64,000 bases of DNA. It comes from the human T2T-CHM13v2.0 reference genome, Homo sapiens. Positions 14,397 through 26,355 of this stretch are shown here, in pieces. A model generated the notes under the pieces. That model did no database searches. It saw only the letters and a list, made by a program, of their open reading frames with translations, and was not told where the DNA came from. Within the stretch, counting starts at the first letter, position 1. Each line of letters opens with the position of its first letter. A program made the translations under genes and the position numbers. The stretch lies in the NCBI RefSeq assembly GCF_009914755.1, contig NC_060938.1; one strand, given 5' to 3'.

Positions 14397-14838
14397 TTCA
14401 CAACAGAAAAAAACATGGAATCAATGCCCATCAATGGTAGACTGGATAAAGAAAATGTGGTATATTTTCACCATGGAATACTATGCGCAATAAAAAAGAA
14501 AAAGATTACGTCTTTTGCAGCAACATGGATGGAGCTGGCGGCCATTACCCTAAGCAAATTAATTCAAAAACAGAAAACCAATACTGCATGTTCTCACTTA
14601 GAAGTGGAAGCTAAACAATGAGAACACATGGACACTAAGAAGAGAACTAGAGACACTGCGGTGTAGTTGAGGGTGGAGGGTAGAAAGAGGGAGAGTATCA
14701 GAAAAAATACCAATCAGGTTCTATGCTTATTACCAGGTGGCAAAATAAAATCTGTACACCAAACCTCTATGACACGCGGTTTACCTGGATAACAAATCTC
14801 CACATGTACCCCTGAACCTAAAATAAAGGTTAAAAAAA
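14397..14838 (+). mobile_element. 5'-truncated L1PA15/16-like 3' end
   Basis: actggataaagaaaatgtgg...gcaacatggatggagctgg...catgtacccctgaacctaaaataaaggttaaaaaaa. Confidence 0.85.
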
Positions 14839-15523
14839 GACTCTTTGATATTGATTAAATGATAGGTATATTGATCAGTAGAAACAATATGTAAAATCAG
14901 TGCTGATTTAACAATATGTTCAATGTAGAAACAATCATTAAGACACCTACAAAACTGATTTTCAAAGAAAATGCCAGGACAATTAAACGGGTACAGCAAA
15001 GTCTTTTGAACAAATAGTGCTGGAAATGGATATCCTTTAGAAATATGGAATATAAATGGCTACCTCATACCACACCCAAAAATTAACTCAAATGAATCAT
15101 AGGTAAAATTATGAAAGTTAAGACTATAAAACTCTTACAGCATGTAGAACCAAATTTGGGCAGCCTTTTTTAGATGTGGCACAAAAAGGATAAGCCATTA
15201 AATAAAATATTGATACATTAGAGTTAGTGAAAATGTAAACTTTTTGTTCCTAAAAAATGATAATATTAAGAAAATAAAAAGCGAAGAATCAAAATGGCAG
15301 AAAATATTCATAGTGCATATGTTTGATCAAAGCCTTATCTTCAGGATTTATAAATCAATCTTGTAATCCATTAGTAAGAAATAAACACTGCTTCCCACTC
15401 CACAAAAAAAGATAAACAAATGGTCAATAAACAAAAACGTTTTCAATCTTATTCATTAATCATCAGGAAAATACAAATTAAATCCACCATGAGATGTTAG
15501 TACCAACCTACTAGACTGGCTAA

Positions 15524-16293
15524 CTTTTTATTTTATTTTTGTTTCATTTTTTATTGACACATAATAATTGCACACATTTGTGGGGTACTGTGTGATGTTT
15601 CAATATGTGTGTATATTGTGTAATGATAAAATAATGGTAATTAGCAAATCCGTCACCTCCAAACATTTATAATTTCTTTTTAGTGAGGACATTCTGAATC
15701 CTATCTTCTAGCTATTTTGAAATATAAAATATATCTTTATTAACTATAGTTACCATGTTGTGCAATACAGCACCATAATTTATATTTTCTTCTACCTATA
15801 ACTTTGTATGCTTTAGCCACTCTCTTCTTATTCTTTCTTTCCTTCCCCCTCCCCAGGCTCAAGTGACCACAAGCAAGATCATGAGGTATTTTTCTTTCTG
15901 TTTCTGGCTTATTTCACTTAACATAATGTCCTCCAGTTTCAGCCATGTTGTTGCAAGTGATAGGATTTCATTATTTGTTTTTGTGACTGAATAGTATTCC
16001 ATTGTGTATATATAACACATTTTCTTTATTCACTCATATGTTGATAGACACAGGTTGATTCCATATCTTGCCTGTTTTGAATAGTGCTGTAATAAACATG
16101 AGAATGAAGCCATATCTTCAAACACACTGATTTCACTTCTTTTAGATATATACTCACTAGTGGGATTTCTCAGTCATGTGATAGTTCTTTTTTAAATTGT
16201 TTGAGGAATCTCCATATTACTTTCCAATGGATGTATTAATTTACCTTCTCATCAACAGTGTGTAAGGATTCCTTTTTTTCCACATCCTTCCCA
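15524..16293 (-). mobile_element. L1MA-type 3' end (antisense insert)
   Basis: tttttattgacacataataattgcacacatttgtggggtac...ggcttatttcacttaacataatgtcctccag...ttttccacatccttcccaa. Confidence 0.85.
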
Positions 16294-16679
16294 AAATGGG
16301 TAAAATTGGAAACACAAGAAATATCAAATGATGGTGAAGATGTGGAGCAACTAGAATGTTCGTACATTGCTGTTGAGAATATAAAATAATGCTACTCTGG
16401 AAAATGTTTTTTGATTCCTTAAATGTTAATCATATGACTCAGCCATTTGATTCCTCAAATGTTCATTGTATGACTCAGCCATCCACTCCTAGTTTTTTAG
16501 CCAAAAGAAATAAAAATATATGTTCCCAGAAAAAATATGAGCACAAATATTAACAAATTTATTTGTAATAGTCTAACACTGGAATCAACAAAAATTTTTA
16601 CCAAATATTCAACGATACACCATAAATCAATCTATGAAAGTGCATAGGTAGCATTTAGCACTATCATAAATCTTAATTT

Positions 16680-16860
16680 CTTTGTAGCACTTATCTTCTA
16701 AAATTAGTTTATTTGTTTTGCAATTTTTTGAATTCTCTGGGAGAATATTAACTCTTCAGGATTTATGCCTTGTTGTGTTTTTATTTATCAAGTTCCCAAG
16801 ACCATACTTGTTGACACATAGTACTTTTACAAAAATTATTTTTGAGTGCATGAACAAATA
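16680..16860 (+). mobile_element. Degenerate L2 3' end
   Basis: gacacatagtacttttacaaaaattatttttgagtgcatgaac resembles the L2 terminus. Confidence 0.45.
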
Positions 16861-17769
16861 CTTTATATCTATATTTTTTTTGATGATAATTTTGTTGTTT
16901 TTCTTCTAATTGAACAGAATTGTGTTCTAAGCAGCTGTATTGCCTGGGAAGGATATTTTCTCAATAAGCAACACAATATTTTCAAGTGAGTTAAATTATC
17001 TCGAGATAGATTCAGTGCCTTAACAAAGCTTTATTACCAATTTGCTAAAAGTTGGCTCTTCCAAGCATTAAATTCATTAACACTCTTTTCTAATTTTCTA
17101 CTCATTACTATATTAGTAACTGCCAAAAGCTGAGGTTTTCAAGAAAACAATGTGCTGTTAAAGACTGAATATTTAATAAAGAAAATATATTTATTTAGCA
17201 AATTACATAGCAAGAAACCTGTTTCTTGACAGACATTCTTTATAGCTTAAACACATTTTATGTGTACTATATAAAAAGTCACAGCATTAATAATATAATC
17301 ATATTTGCATTAGAAGTTTATAGAAATAAGTTATCTATTTTGTGCCTAATTGCATCTATATAACATTTTGATAATCATTATTTCTCATCATAAAATATCA
17401 ATTAATAAGATTGTGAGTTCAAAAAATGTGAAAGGTGTTATGATGTAGATTTAAATAGCATACTTGACATAAAAGGTCACTTTCACTGTGTTCTTGGAAT
17501 AATACTTTATTACTTAAACCCAAAATGGTATATGGAATTTTATTTTGCAATTTCATTTTAATTTTTTAAATGTTCTTCTATTAACACTACCTGTATACAT
17601 GTAAACCTTTTTTTGGAAATATCTGTTTTTAAATTTCCTTTACAAAAGACATAAATATTTCCTATCATATTTATGCTAACATTGTGTTATTCCTATTGTC
17701 TTTGTACTGCTTTAGGAATTATTCAAAAAATGACAATTTTGATATCAATAGTGCCACCTCTGACAAATA

Positions 17770-18297
17770 CAGATGTTTCCCAACTTATGACAGGATTACA
17801 TCCTGATAAACACAGTTTAAATTGAAAATATTGTAAATTCTATGTATTTAAAGGACAATATAGTCAAGATTGTGGATTGTAAAAGTCCTAACTTATGCAA
17901 TGGCCCTTAGCTTGTTGCCTTCATGTTGGGCAATTATGTTGAGATTTATATCAAGATTAATTGCCTTCGTTTTCTTTTCACCAGAAGCAGAAGACACAAA
18001 TGAACACTTGTAGACATGGTGCAATATATGAACTCAAAACACAGTATCAAAAACATATTGGCACACAGGACACTGTAGAGTATTGGTTATTTGTCCTCCT
18101 GATTGCATGTTTAACTGGGATCCTTTGCTGCTATTGCCGCCCAGTACCATGACAGAATATCATACCACATATTGTTAGCCTTGGGAAAGATCAAAATTCA
18201 AAATTTAAAGTACAGTTTCTACTGAATGCATATCACTTTCTCACCATTGTAATGTGAAAAGTTATAAATCAAACCATGATAATTCAGAGACCATCTG
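17770..18297. mobile_element. Tigger5/MER47-family DNA transposon
   Basis: ta|cagatgtttcccaacttatga ... gaaagatcaaaattcaaaatttaaagtacagtttctactgaatgc ... agaccatctg|ta; TIRs and TA TSD. Confidence 0.82.
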
Positions 18298-18589
18298 TAT
18301 TTTCTGCTTTGTAAGAATTTAAAATAATGCATTTCAGTAATTATCTCATATTTTCTATAAAAGTACCTAGGATTTTACAAGATAAAATAAAATGATTGAA
18401 ATGATGGCACCGTTTTACATTTTGTCTTGCAATATCTAATTTCTGTACATTTGTCTTTAGGATTTGAATGATTAGATTATTCTTATTATTTGTTTAGAAT
18501 GGAGTCCAGTGGATTCTTGGAAATCAATTCTACTTTTAATATATATTTTTCTATTTCCTAGTAAAGTGAGTGATCTAACTTTTAAAATC

Positions 18590-19110
18590 TGTTTTTAAAT
18601 GTTCCCAGCACTATTGAGGTAAAATTAACAAATAGAAACTGTATATTCTTAAAGTGTACAACTTAATATTTTGATAAATATGCAAATTTTGAAATGGTCA
18701 GCTCAATCAAGCAAATTAACAATACCCATCACATCACACAGCTGCCATTTTCTTTATTTTTCTCTCTTCCTTTCTTTTGTTGTTGTGGTGAAAATACTTA
18801 AGATCCAGTGTCTTATCAAATTTCAAGTTTTGAATACATCATTGGTAACCATGGTCTTGATGTCATACATTAGCTCTCCAGAACTCATTCAACTTGCATA
18901 ACTGGAACTTTGTACCATCTGACCAATGTCTCCTCATTTCCCTCTGGTTCTTGCTTCTGGCAATTGCCATTCCATTCTGTGCTTCTATGTGTTTGACTAT
19001 TTTAGATTCCACATGTAAGTGAGATCATGCAGTATTTGTCTTTCTGTGTCTGGCTTATTTCACTGAGTGTAATGCACATGAGTGAATCTAGAGGATGTTA
19101 TGCTGAGTGA
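18590..19110 (-). mobile_element. L1MA9-like 3' end with a short inverted 5' segment
   Basis: ctattgaggtaaaattaacaaatag...ttagattccacatgtaagtgagatcatgcagtatttg; 19076-19110 is in the opposite orientation. Confidence 0.82.
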
Positions 19111-19569
19111 TACCATTTTTTATAAGCCCAAATTCAATAGTCTCACATGGTAACTGGTAAGTGAGAAACCATAACAATGTTTTACTTTTCTGTTAGAATG
19201 TTTTACTAAAGATTGTTTAAGAAATCCTCACCATCATATAAGTTTTGTTTAAGAAATGTATTTATTTTTACAGTTTTTAACAAGATATGAAATTATTATC
19301 AATTCAGTAATATGAATATCTCAGAATTCAGGTCTTATAGCATGGTTGATTTTTAATATGTATCACTATTTATAGTGACTTAAACTTATCTTTTTATACA
19401 ATATTTCTGTAGTTTACAAAAGCTATTTTCTTCCACCAATATCAATTCCTTATTCCAATTATACTCTAGGTAAAGACATTATTTTCACAATTCTGTATGA
19501 ACTAGGTTTCCTAATATATGCTTAAATTTAAGCCTTTCAAAGTACATTTTAGGAATCCATTGGTAACTT

Positions 19570-19738
19570 TGCTTCTTAAATGTGAGTTAGAACCACCTGC
19601 GGGGCTTTTGAAAAAAATATTGACTTCGAGGCACTTTCCTAGACAAAAATTCAGAATCTGCCAGTGTGTCCTAGGCATTAGCAGTTTTTAAACTCCTCAG
19701 GTGATTCTAATACGAACCTAGTCTTGAGAATCACCGCC
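19570..19738. mobile_element. MER5-family hAT-Charlie element
   Basis: ttagaaccacctg...tcagaatctg...aactcctcaggtgattctaa...ttgagaatcaccgc. Confidence 0.7.
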
Positions 19739-19744
19739 ACAGAA

Positions 19745-19910
19745 CAGTACTAATCAACACTTAACATACATAGGAATCACATGGGCATCTTGTTGAAATG
19801 CAGGTTTTGATTTAGTAGGTGTAGGGTTGGGCCAGAGATTTTGCATTTTCCAAACAGTTTGTAGTAGATGCTGTTGCTGCTAATCCATGAACTACATTTG
19901 ACATAGCAAG
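19745..19910. mobile_element. MER5A1-like hAT-Charlie element
   Basis: gaatcacatgggcatcttgttgaaatgcaggttttgatttagtaggt...gagattttgcatttt...gatgctgttgctgct. Confidence 0.7.
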
Positions 19911-20299
19911 AGCATAGAACATAGAGAGCTGCTGAGAAGAAAGAGTTTGTGGTTTTTAAGCAATCTTTTAAAAATGGAAGAGAAAACAAGACAAAGGAAT
20001 AAACATCTAGCAGCTGGAAGAGACACGAACACTCTTTAAAAAGCTGATCAATGTTAGTCTTTGTATTTACCAACTATATATAGTTAATGAATGCTTACTG
20101 TATGTAGAGGTTAATTATATTATTTTAATTATCTTTCAGCTTATTTTTTAATGTGTACAATAAAGCTCTTGAAAAATCAGTTCTGTCATAAAGAATTCTC
20201 GCTCACATTCATTGTATCCATTTATTACTTTCTAGAAGAGTGTAAAAGATAAATACATGGTAAAGAAGCCTCTATTTACATCTACAGTGACTTACCTGG

Positions 20300-20790
20300 T
20301 TGTTCATATTTACTGCTTTCTCAGTCCAGCTTTTCTCTGTGTCACAATAGAACCATCTCCAGCTGGGCAGCTGGTGAGTACTGCATGTATAGCTCCCAGG
20401 GGGAATGAAGCAGGTGAGGAGACTGAAAAGCGAGTGTTTAGCTGGCAAAAGGAAGAGGCAGTTCTTGGCTCAGATTCAGAAGTTATTTGAACATAGGGAC
20501 TTATTCCATAAGCATGCTTTGGTGGAAATTGTTGCCAACTGCCCCTATTCCCATGGGCTATTTTTTTCTGCTGCCTAGTAATTTTATAGTTCACAAGGCT
20601 ATTAATATCTGCAATATCAAGAATCTGGAGACATGTCCTTGCTGTCCAGATGGTGGCTTATGGACATCAGGTACAGTACATTTAGACTGGCAGAATTTCC
20701 TGCTTAGCAGTCAGGGCTCCATATACATTTGCTGCTGTTCAGTGGCAGCTGCCCCAGATATAATGAGATCAGCACATCCCATAAATACCT
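20300..20790. promoter_or_regulatory. Candidate bHLH (E-box) enhancer in non-repeat DNA
   Basis: CAGCTG at 20360, 20368 and 20746; CAGGTG 20411; CAACTG 20536; CCAGATGG 20646; MEF2-like GCTATTTTTT 20557; locally higher GC. Confidence 0.3.
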
Positions 20791-21179
20791 GAAAGGTTTG
20801 TGTATAAAAATGTCAAGTTGGATTTAGTTTTAAATAGAATAACATATTACCAGAGAAATATATTCATTTTCTATGATAAAAGGTGGAATTGGTATAATGT
20901 GAGTAGCCAAAATGTTGAAATTATAATAAAAGTTTATATATTTTCCTTCATATTATTGTGTGTGTGTGTCTGTGCGTGTATAACACTTAGATATAACTTA
21001 GACATAGTTATATATATGGCGACATTTATATTTGTGAATTTATATTTATATATGTTTTATAATATGTTATAAAAATATTTTATGAGGGTCCTCAGAAAGC
21101 TTGTGGAAAGATGGATTTAAAAGATAAAAATAAAAAACATAAACTTTATTTCTCAGCCTAAGTTCCATCAAGGTCAAGA

Positions 21180-21834
21180 TGTTCCCAAATCAAACAGGTC
21201 GGGCTGCTACTTCTCGCAGCCCAATAACGAGATGCAGATGAACTAGGGAGGAAGAGTTTTTATTTTCTGCAACTGGTTACAAGGAGAAGGCCTAGAAATT
21301 ATCACGAGACCAACTCAAAATTACAGTTTTCCAGAGCTTATATACCTTCTAAGCTATGTTTCTACATGTAAGTGTGCATTCATCTAAAGACATAAGTGAT
21401 TAACTTCTTCTAGTATGTGGAAAAAGGCCTGAGTCTTGAAGACCTTCCTCTGGAGCCTCAGTAAATTTACTTAATCTAAATGGATCCAGATGCTGGGGTG
21501 ATTACCTTTATCTTGTCTCCTGCTAAATCACGAAGATTTGGGAGTTCCTTCAGACCCCCAGCAAACTTGTTTTTGGAGGCCTGGGGAGTTTCTTCAGACC
21601 CCCAATGAAACTTGCTTAATCCTAAATGGGTCCTGTTAAGAATTCCTTCATCATTTTGTCATGCTTTAAGACCCAGGAAAGGCCAAGGCAAAACTCTTGG
21701 TGGGCTTTTGTTACATCCCAGCCTTTGTATAAGGGCATTGGGTCTATCAACTTTTAATATTTAACTTACGCACTCAGTGGGTGCTGAAACAGTTGTTACG
21801 GAGGCCTGCGTTAGTGAGACCTGGCCTGCCCACA
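21180..21834 (-). mobile_element. ERV1-class solo LTR (probably LTR10C-like) inserted in HSMAR2
   Basis: TG...CA ends, 4-bp TSD AAGA (21176-79 and 21835-38); the minus strand begins tgtgggcaggccaggtctcactaacgcaggcctcc. Confidence 0.8.
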
Positions 21835-21839
21835 AAGAC

Positions 21840-22842
21840 ACTTTTGCAGGGCAGGATCCCAGTCATTTAGTCTATTTCTAAAGAACTGAGGTTCCTCAAA
21901 ATTTAACCATGTAAATTCTGCCCTTTAATTTTATTAACTGAAAGAAAATGGGTGTCCTTTACAGATTTTTTAAGATTAGAAAATCTAAAAAATGTCAGAA
22001 GGAGCCAAATCAGGACTACATGGTAGAGGCCTAATGATTTCCCCTGGAAACTCTCACAAAATTGCATTTCTTGGATGAGAGGAGTGAGCAGGAGCATGGT
22101 CGTGGTTCAGGATTCTCTGGTGATGGTGTCTTGAGCATTTTTCTCCTAAAGCTTTTCCTAACTTTCTCAAAACACTTTCATAGTAAGCAAATATTATCAT
22201 TTATTGGCCTTCCAGAAAGTCAACAAGCAAAATGCCTTAAGCATTCCCCAAAACTGTTGCCATGACCTTTGTTCTTGACTGGTACACTTTTGCTTGGACT
22301 GGACCACTTCCACCTCTTGTTAGCTATTGCTTTGTCTTCATGATTGTACTGGTAAAACCTTGTTTCATATCCTGTTACAATTTTTCAAAGAAATGCTTCA
22401 GGATCTTGATCCGCTTGTTAAAAATTTCCATTGAAAGCTCTGCAGCTGATCTGGGCACCACAGTTTTAGCACTTATAGAGTGAAAAGTTTACTCAATTTT
22501 AGTTGTTCATTTGGAATTGTGTAAGCTGAACTAATTAAGATGTCTATGGTATCTATGGTTTATTGTTTTTGCTGTTAATTGTCAGTCATCTTTAGTGAGG
22601 GCCAAACAAGATGATTTTTTTTTCTTTGCAAATTGATGTGGATGGTCTGCCCCTGTGGGACTTCATCTTTAGCATTGTCTCATCCCTTCTTAAAATGAGT
22701 TATCCATTTGTAATCTGCTAATTTCTTTGGAACATTGTTCCCATAAACTTTTCCTAAAACATCAATGATATTACCATTATTCCACTCAAGATTCACCATA
22801 AATTTGATGTTTTCTCTTGCTTCAATTTTAGCAGAATTCATG
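21840..22842 (-). pseudogene. Decayed HSMAR2 mariner transposase
   Basis: Minus strand near 22000 reads PCSPDLAPSD (mariner YSPDLAPSD motif); ORF 21903-22097 contains FSNLKKSVKDTHFLSVN; frameshifts and stops. Confidence 0.85.
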
Positions 22843-23748
22843 TTTCCCTGATAGGGGCTCTTTTCAAACTGATGTCTGATTCCTCTTAGTGCCTCAAACT
22901 AGATCCTGTTCTGACATGGTATAAGAAGCTGATATGAGTTTATTTTTGGTACAAGAAAATTTTGAAAACCACGCATAGTGTTTTCTTACTATGTGTTTTC
23001 CTTGATCTTTTTGAAAACATCATAATGTTTCGGGGAAATAATTATTTTTACAGTGTCTCCATAGTCTTACTGGCACATGTTTTCTATGAGAGGTTTTACA
23101 AATAGTCATTGTCACTGAACTTCTGATCCACACACTTCATGTATACATTAGGCAGAATTCTTCACATACTTGAAAAGTAGGTATTTAAAACAAGAGAGAT
23201 CAGTTCATGTAAATGTATACAAGTCTATATAAGCAATTATTAGGACCTAAACAAGCATATTGGCTCTGAAATAGGAAGAATGATTAATTATAGATATTGT
23301 TTAAATAAATGAAATGTGTTAGTCTATAAATATGAAAGTTTCAAGAAAAACTGTCCCACAATCTTTTGGTCATTATTACTTTGCACTGTCTACCCTTCAG
23401 CCCTCTGTCCAATAATATATTGTTTCAAGTCTTATAAAGTATTTTTAAAATAAAAGGCAACAAAATTAATGTTTCTAGTAGGACTCATTGATGTGTAAGA
23501 TTTTTCATTATTAGAGTCACCTGTCTTGTGGTGTGCACTTCATTCATGTATGCATATAAAACAATATTCTGCCACTGACAGTTCCGTATTTGGCATAAAG
23601 CAGAGAAACAATTATTGGAGACTGTCAGAAACTAATAGCACTAACAATGTTCTTAACAATTGGAAATACAGGTTTTCAGTATTGTTTCCAAAATGCTGCA
23701 GTTATAGAAACAACTAGAGTAAGTTCAAATTTATGTTGAATAATGAGA

Positions 23749-23937
23749 TTTTTAAATTTTTAATATTTGTGGGTATATAGTAGGTGTATATATTTGTGAA
23801 GTACATGAGATGTTTTGATACAGGTATGCAATGTGAAATAAGCACATCATGGAGAATGAGGTATACATGCCTTCAAGTATTTATCCTTTGAGTTAAAAAC
23901 AATCCAATTATACTCCTTAAGTTATATTAAAATGTAA
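23749..23937 (-). mobile_element. Short L1MA2/3-like 3' end
   Basis: tttgtgggtatatagtaggtgtatatattt...gatacaggtatgcaatgtgaaataagcacatcatggagaatg. Confidence 0.85.
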
Positions 23938-26269
23938 AGTTTTTAACAGCAGTAAAATATGTGCACGCTATTGCTGACTCCATTCCTTCAATGTTGCCCC
24001 TACCTAAGAAATGCTAAAGAAATAATTAAATAAGATAACACAGTTCTGTGGTTTGGCAGATTTTTTCTTCCTGGTTTTTAGGGAGACCTTCAAGATTATG
24101 AATGGAAATTAAAAGAAGGCGGATAGGAAAGAAAAAGGGAAAACAAAGAGGTACAACAAAATGTAAAGTAAAAGTAAGTGTAGAGAGAAGATGTCAAGGA
24201 GAAAGGCAGTTTTCCCCCAATTTATTTTCAAAATACTTCATGAGGTCAATAAGATTATATTTGTGTAACTTAAATTCCATTTAAATTTATACCGTTGGAA
24301 ATTTCCAGATGTTATTGTCTGATCAGTTTTCTTATTAGTGATTAAACCACAAGAAAACTTAAAGAAAGATCAAGTTTAGATTAGATATATGAGAAGGTTT
24401 GAAAATTTGTAAGTTTGGTTCTTAACGTAGAGTAAAATCTTGACATAGCCCAATAATAACTAAACTTGAGTAACATTCATGAATTCACTATTACCTTACA
24501 TACTGTACTTGACTTTCAGAAGAAAATTGATCAGAATTATGAAAGTATATGTTTAACTTAGAAAAATGGAGAATTTTACCAATTAAAGCATAATGTACTG
24601 GTTTGGTGTTCTAAATCATATTATATGAAATGTTAGCATAAAATAATATTTAGCTATGAGAACTACACAATATAAATTATATGTCAATAGAGAGTTTAAA
24701 ACACTTGTGATTTTAAACAGCCTTTATAGTCTCCATGTCTTTTCATTAAAATTTAATATTTACCTTATAGAAGATTGTAGAGTAAGGAAAAGAAAATCAT
24801 CTGATTTCTAACAACAATTATTTAAATTTTAAGGAATTCTAATAATTATTTTTAAAAGAAATATTGCTAAAAGTATTTTGATGTTAATTTATTTGTTAAT
24901 ATATTCACTAATTATTGTCTGTGTGTTCTCTAGGTAAAGGAATGTTAATATTTTCTATAATCAAAATTAATTGCTGTGTATAACACACAGTAAACAAGTA
25001 TAAAGTCATTGTAAGATTCTGACAAACCCACGTTTTCTACTATAATTTAAAAATGATACGTTACTGCAAATACCATTCCATTTAGAAAGGTAAAAAATAT
25101 TAGAGTTAGAGAAAGCAATTGAAATGATAATGGTGAAATTTCCAGACAATATTGAAAAAATAAGGACAAAGAAGCAAGGAAGCTTAAAGGGGGAATGTGT
25201 TAAAAGCAGCCAGTTAAAAAATTACTTCTTAACTGGCATTCTAACGATTTTATTTAACTATTTGACTCTCCAGTGATCCCCATGAAAGATAATTTTGTGG
25301 TGGCCATGTTGCAAGCTTCGTTTATTCTTTAAGGATTTTCATTATTTTAAATCTAGCTTTTAACTCACCTCTCATGCTTTAAAATTTCTGTGTATTTTGT
25401 CTTCAATAATTTAACTGTTAATGCTATTCCACATTATGTTTCAAATGCCCTTCTTCCTACTGGCTTCTCTCTTTTTCACATCACCTTTCATTGTTTCTCT
25501 ACTAGATTTCATCTAAGAAAATTTAGTGTCTTCTCTCTCAATTATACAGTAAAATATGGTGTAAACCACGTAGTTGGAGTAGGTCTACACTCAAGTAAGC
25601 ATATAGGCATATTCTGAGTACCATTAAAAAATACATGTTTAGGAAGAAATGTAAAACATAGTTGCAAAGGAGCTATACAATAATCCAAAGGAAAAATGAA
25701 AAAATATAGTTGAACATCTATATATGTATACTTTTATTTCATTAAGATTCATATTTAAAAATTGTTATATTTATTCATCCTAAATTACATTGGCCATTTT
25801 TAGATGTTTGAGATGTTTAACATTTAAAGATATTCCTGACAGTGACATCAGCTATATGTAAAATCTGAAAAGATAATTTTAATGTAAATTGATTTGTTTT
25901 CACTATTTAATAATTGAATAATAATTAATTGACCATTTTTCCATTGCTTGATAAAATATGTGCAAATGATATGTGTTATTTGATCTGGACTGCTAGGAAT
26001 TCTCTGGTATTAACATAACACTAGTTTTAACGTCTTCACAGTCTTAGAGAAATAATATTTTTTATTCCAATTCACTTTTCCTTTACTGTTTGCAGTAAAG
26101 TGAAAAGATAGAATTCCACAACGTCAAAAATCGTTTCCAAAATTTGTACTTTCCCGAATTATCTTCTTCACTAAAATAATAAAACGTAGAACCATGTAAT
26201 GTCAATCATTTATGTGAGTTGTCAAAGATCCTTTAGCAGAGAAAGTTCTGCCTCCACCTTTACCATTTC

Positions 26270-26355
26270 CCTATCTCTGTCTCTGTCTCTATCTGTTTCA
26301 TCTCTCTATCTCTACCTCTATCTCTCTCTCTCTATCTCTATCACTATCTCATCTA
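26270..26355. repeat. (TCTA/TCTC/TCTG)n low-complexity tract
   Basis: Read directly. Confidence 0.8.

Larger units (their letters stand above)
14150..16620 (+). mobile_element. Old L1M ORF2/3' fragment hosting two younger L1 insertions
   Basis: Degenerate ORF2 motifs (aaagctggaggttttacactagctaaattcaagacttattgtaaagc; caaatagtgctgga; gaagatgtggagcaactagaa) that resume after each insert. Confidence 0.7.
21083..23022 (-). mobile_element. Near full-length HSMAR2 mariner (~1.28 kb without the LTR insert)
   Basis: Both TIRs with flanking TA (ta|tgagggtcctcagaaagc; tctttttgaaaacatca|ta); transposase remnants on the minus strand. Confidence 0.92.

Noticed and set aside
17749-17765. CTCF-like AGGTGGCACTA (minus strand); also weak matches near 38446 and 60310
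   Set aside because: Only half of the core matches; expected by chance.
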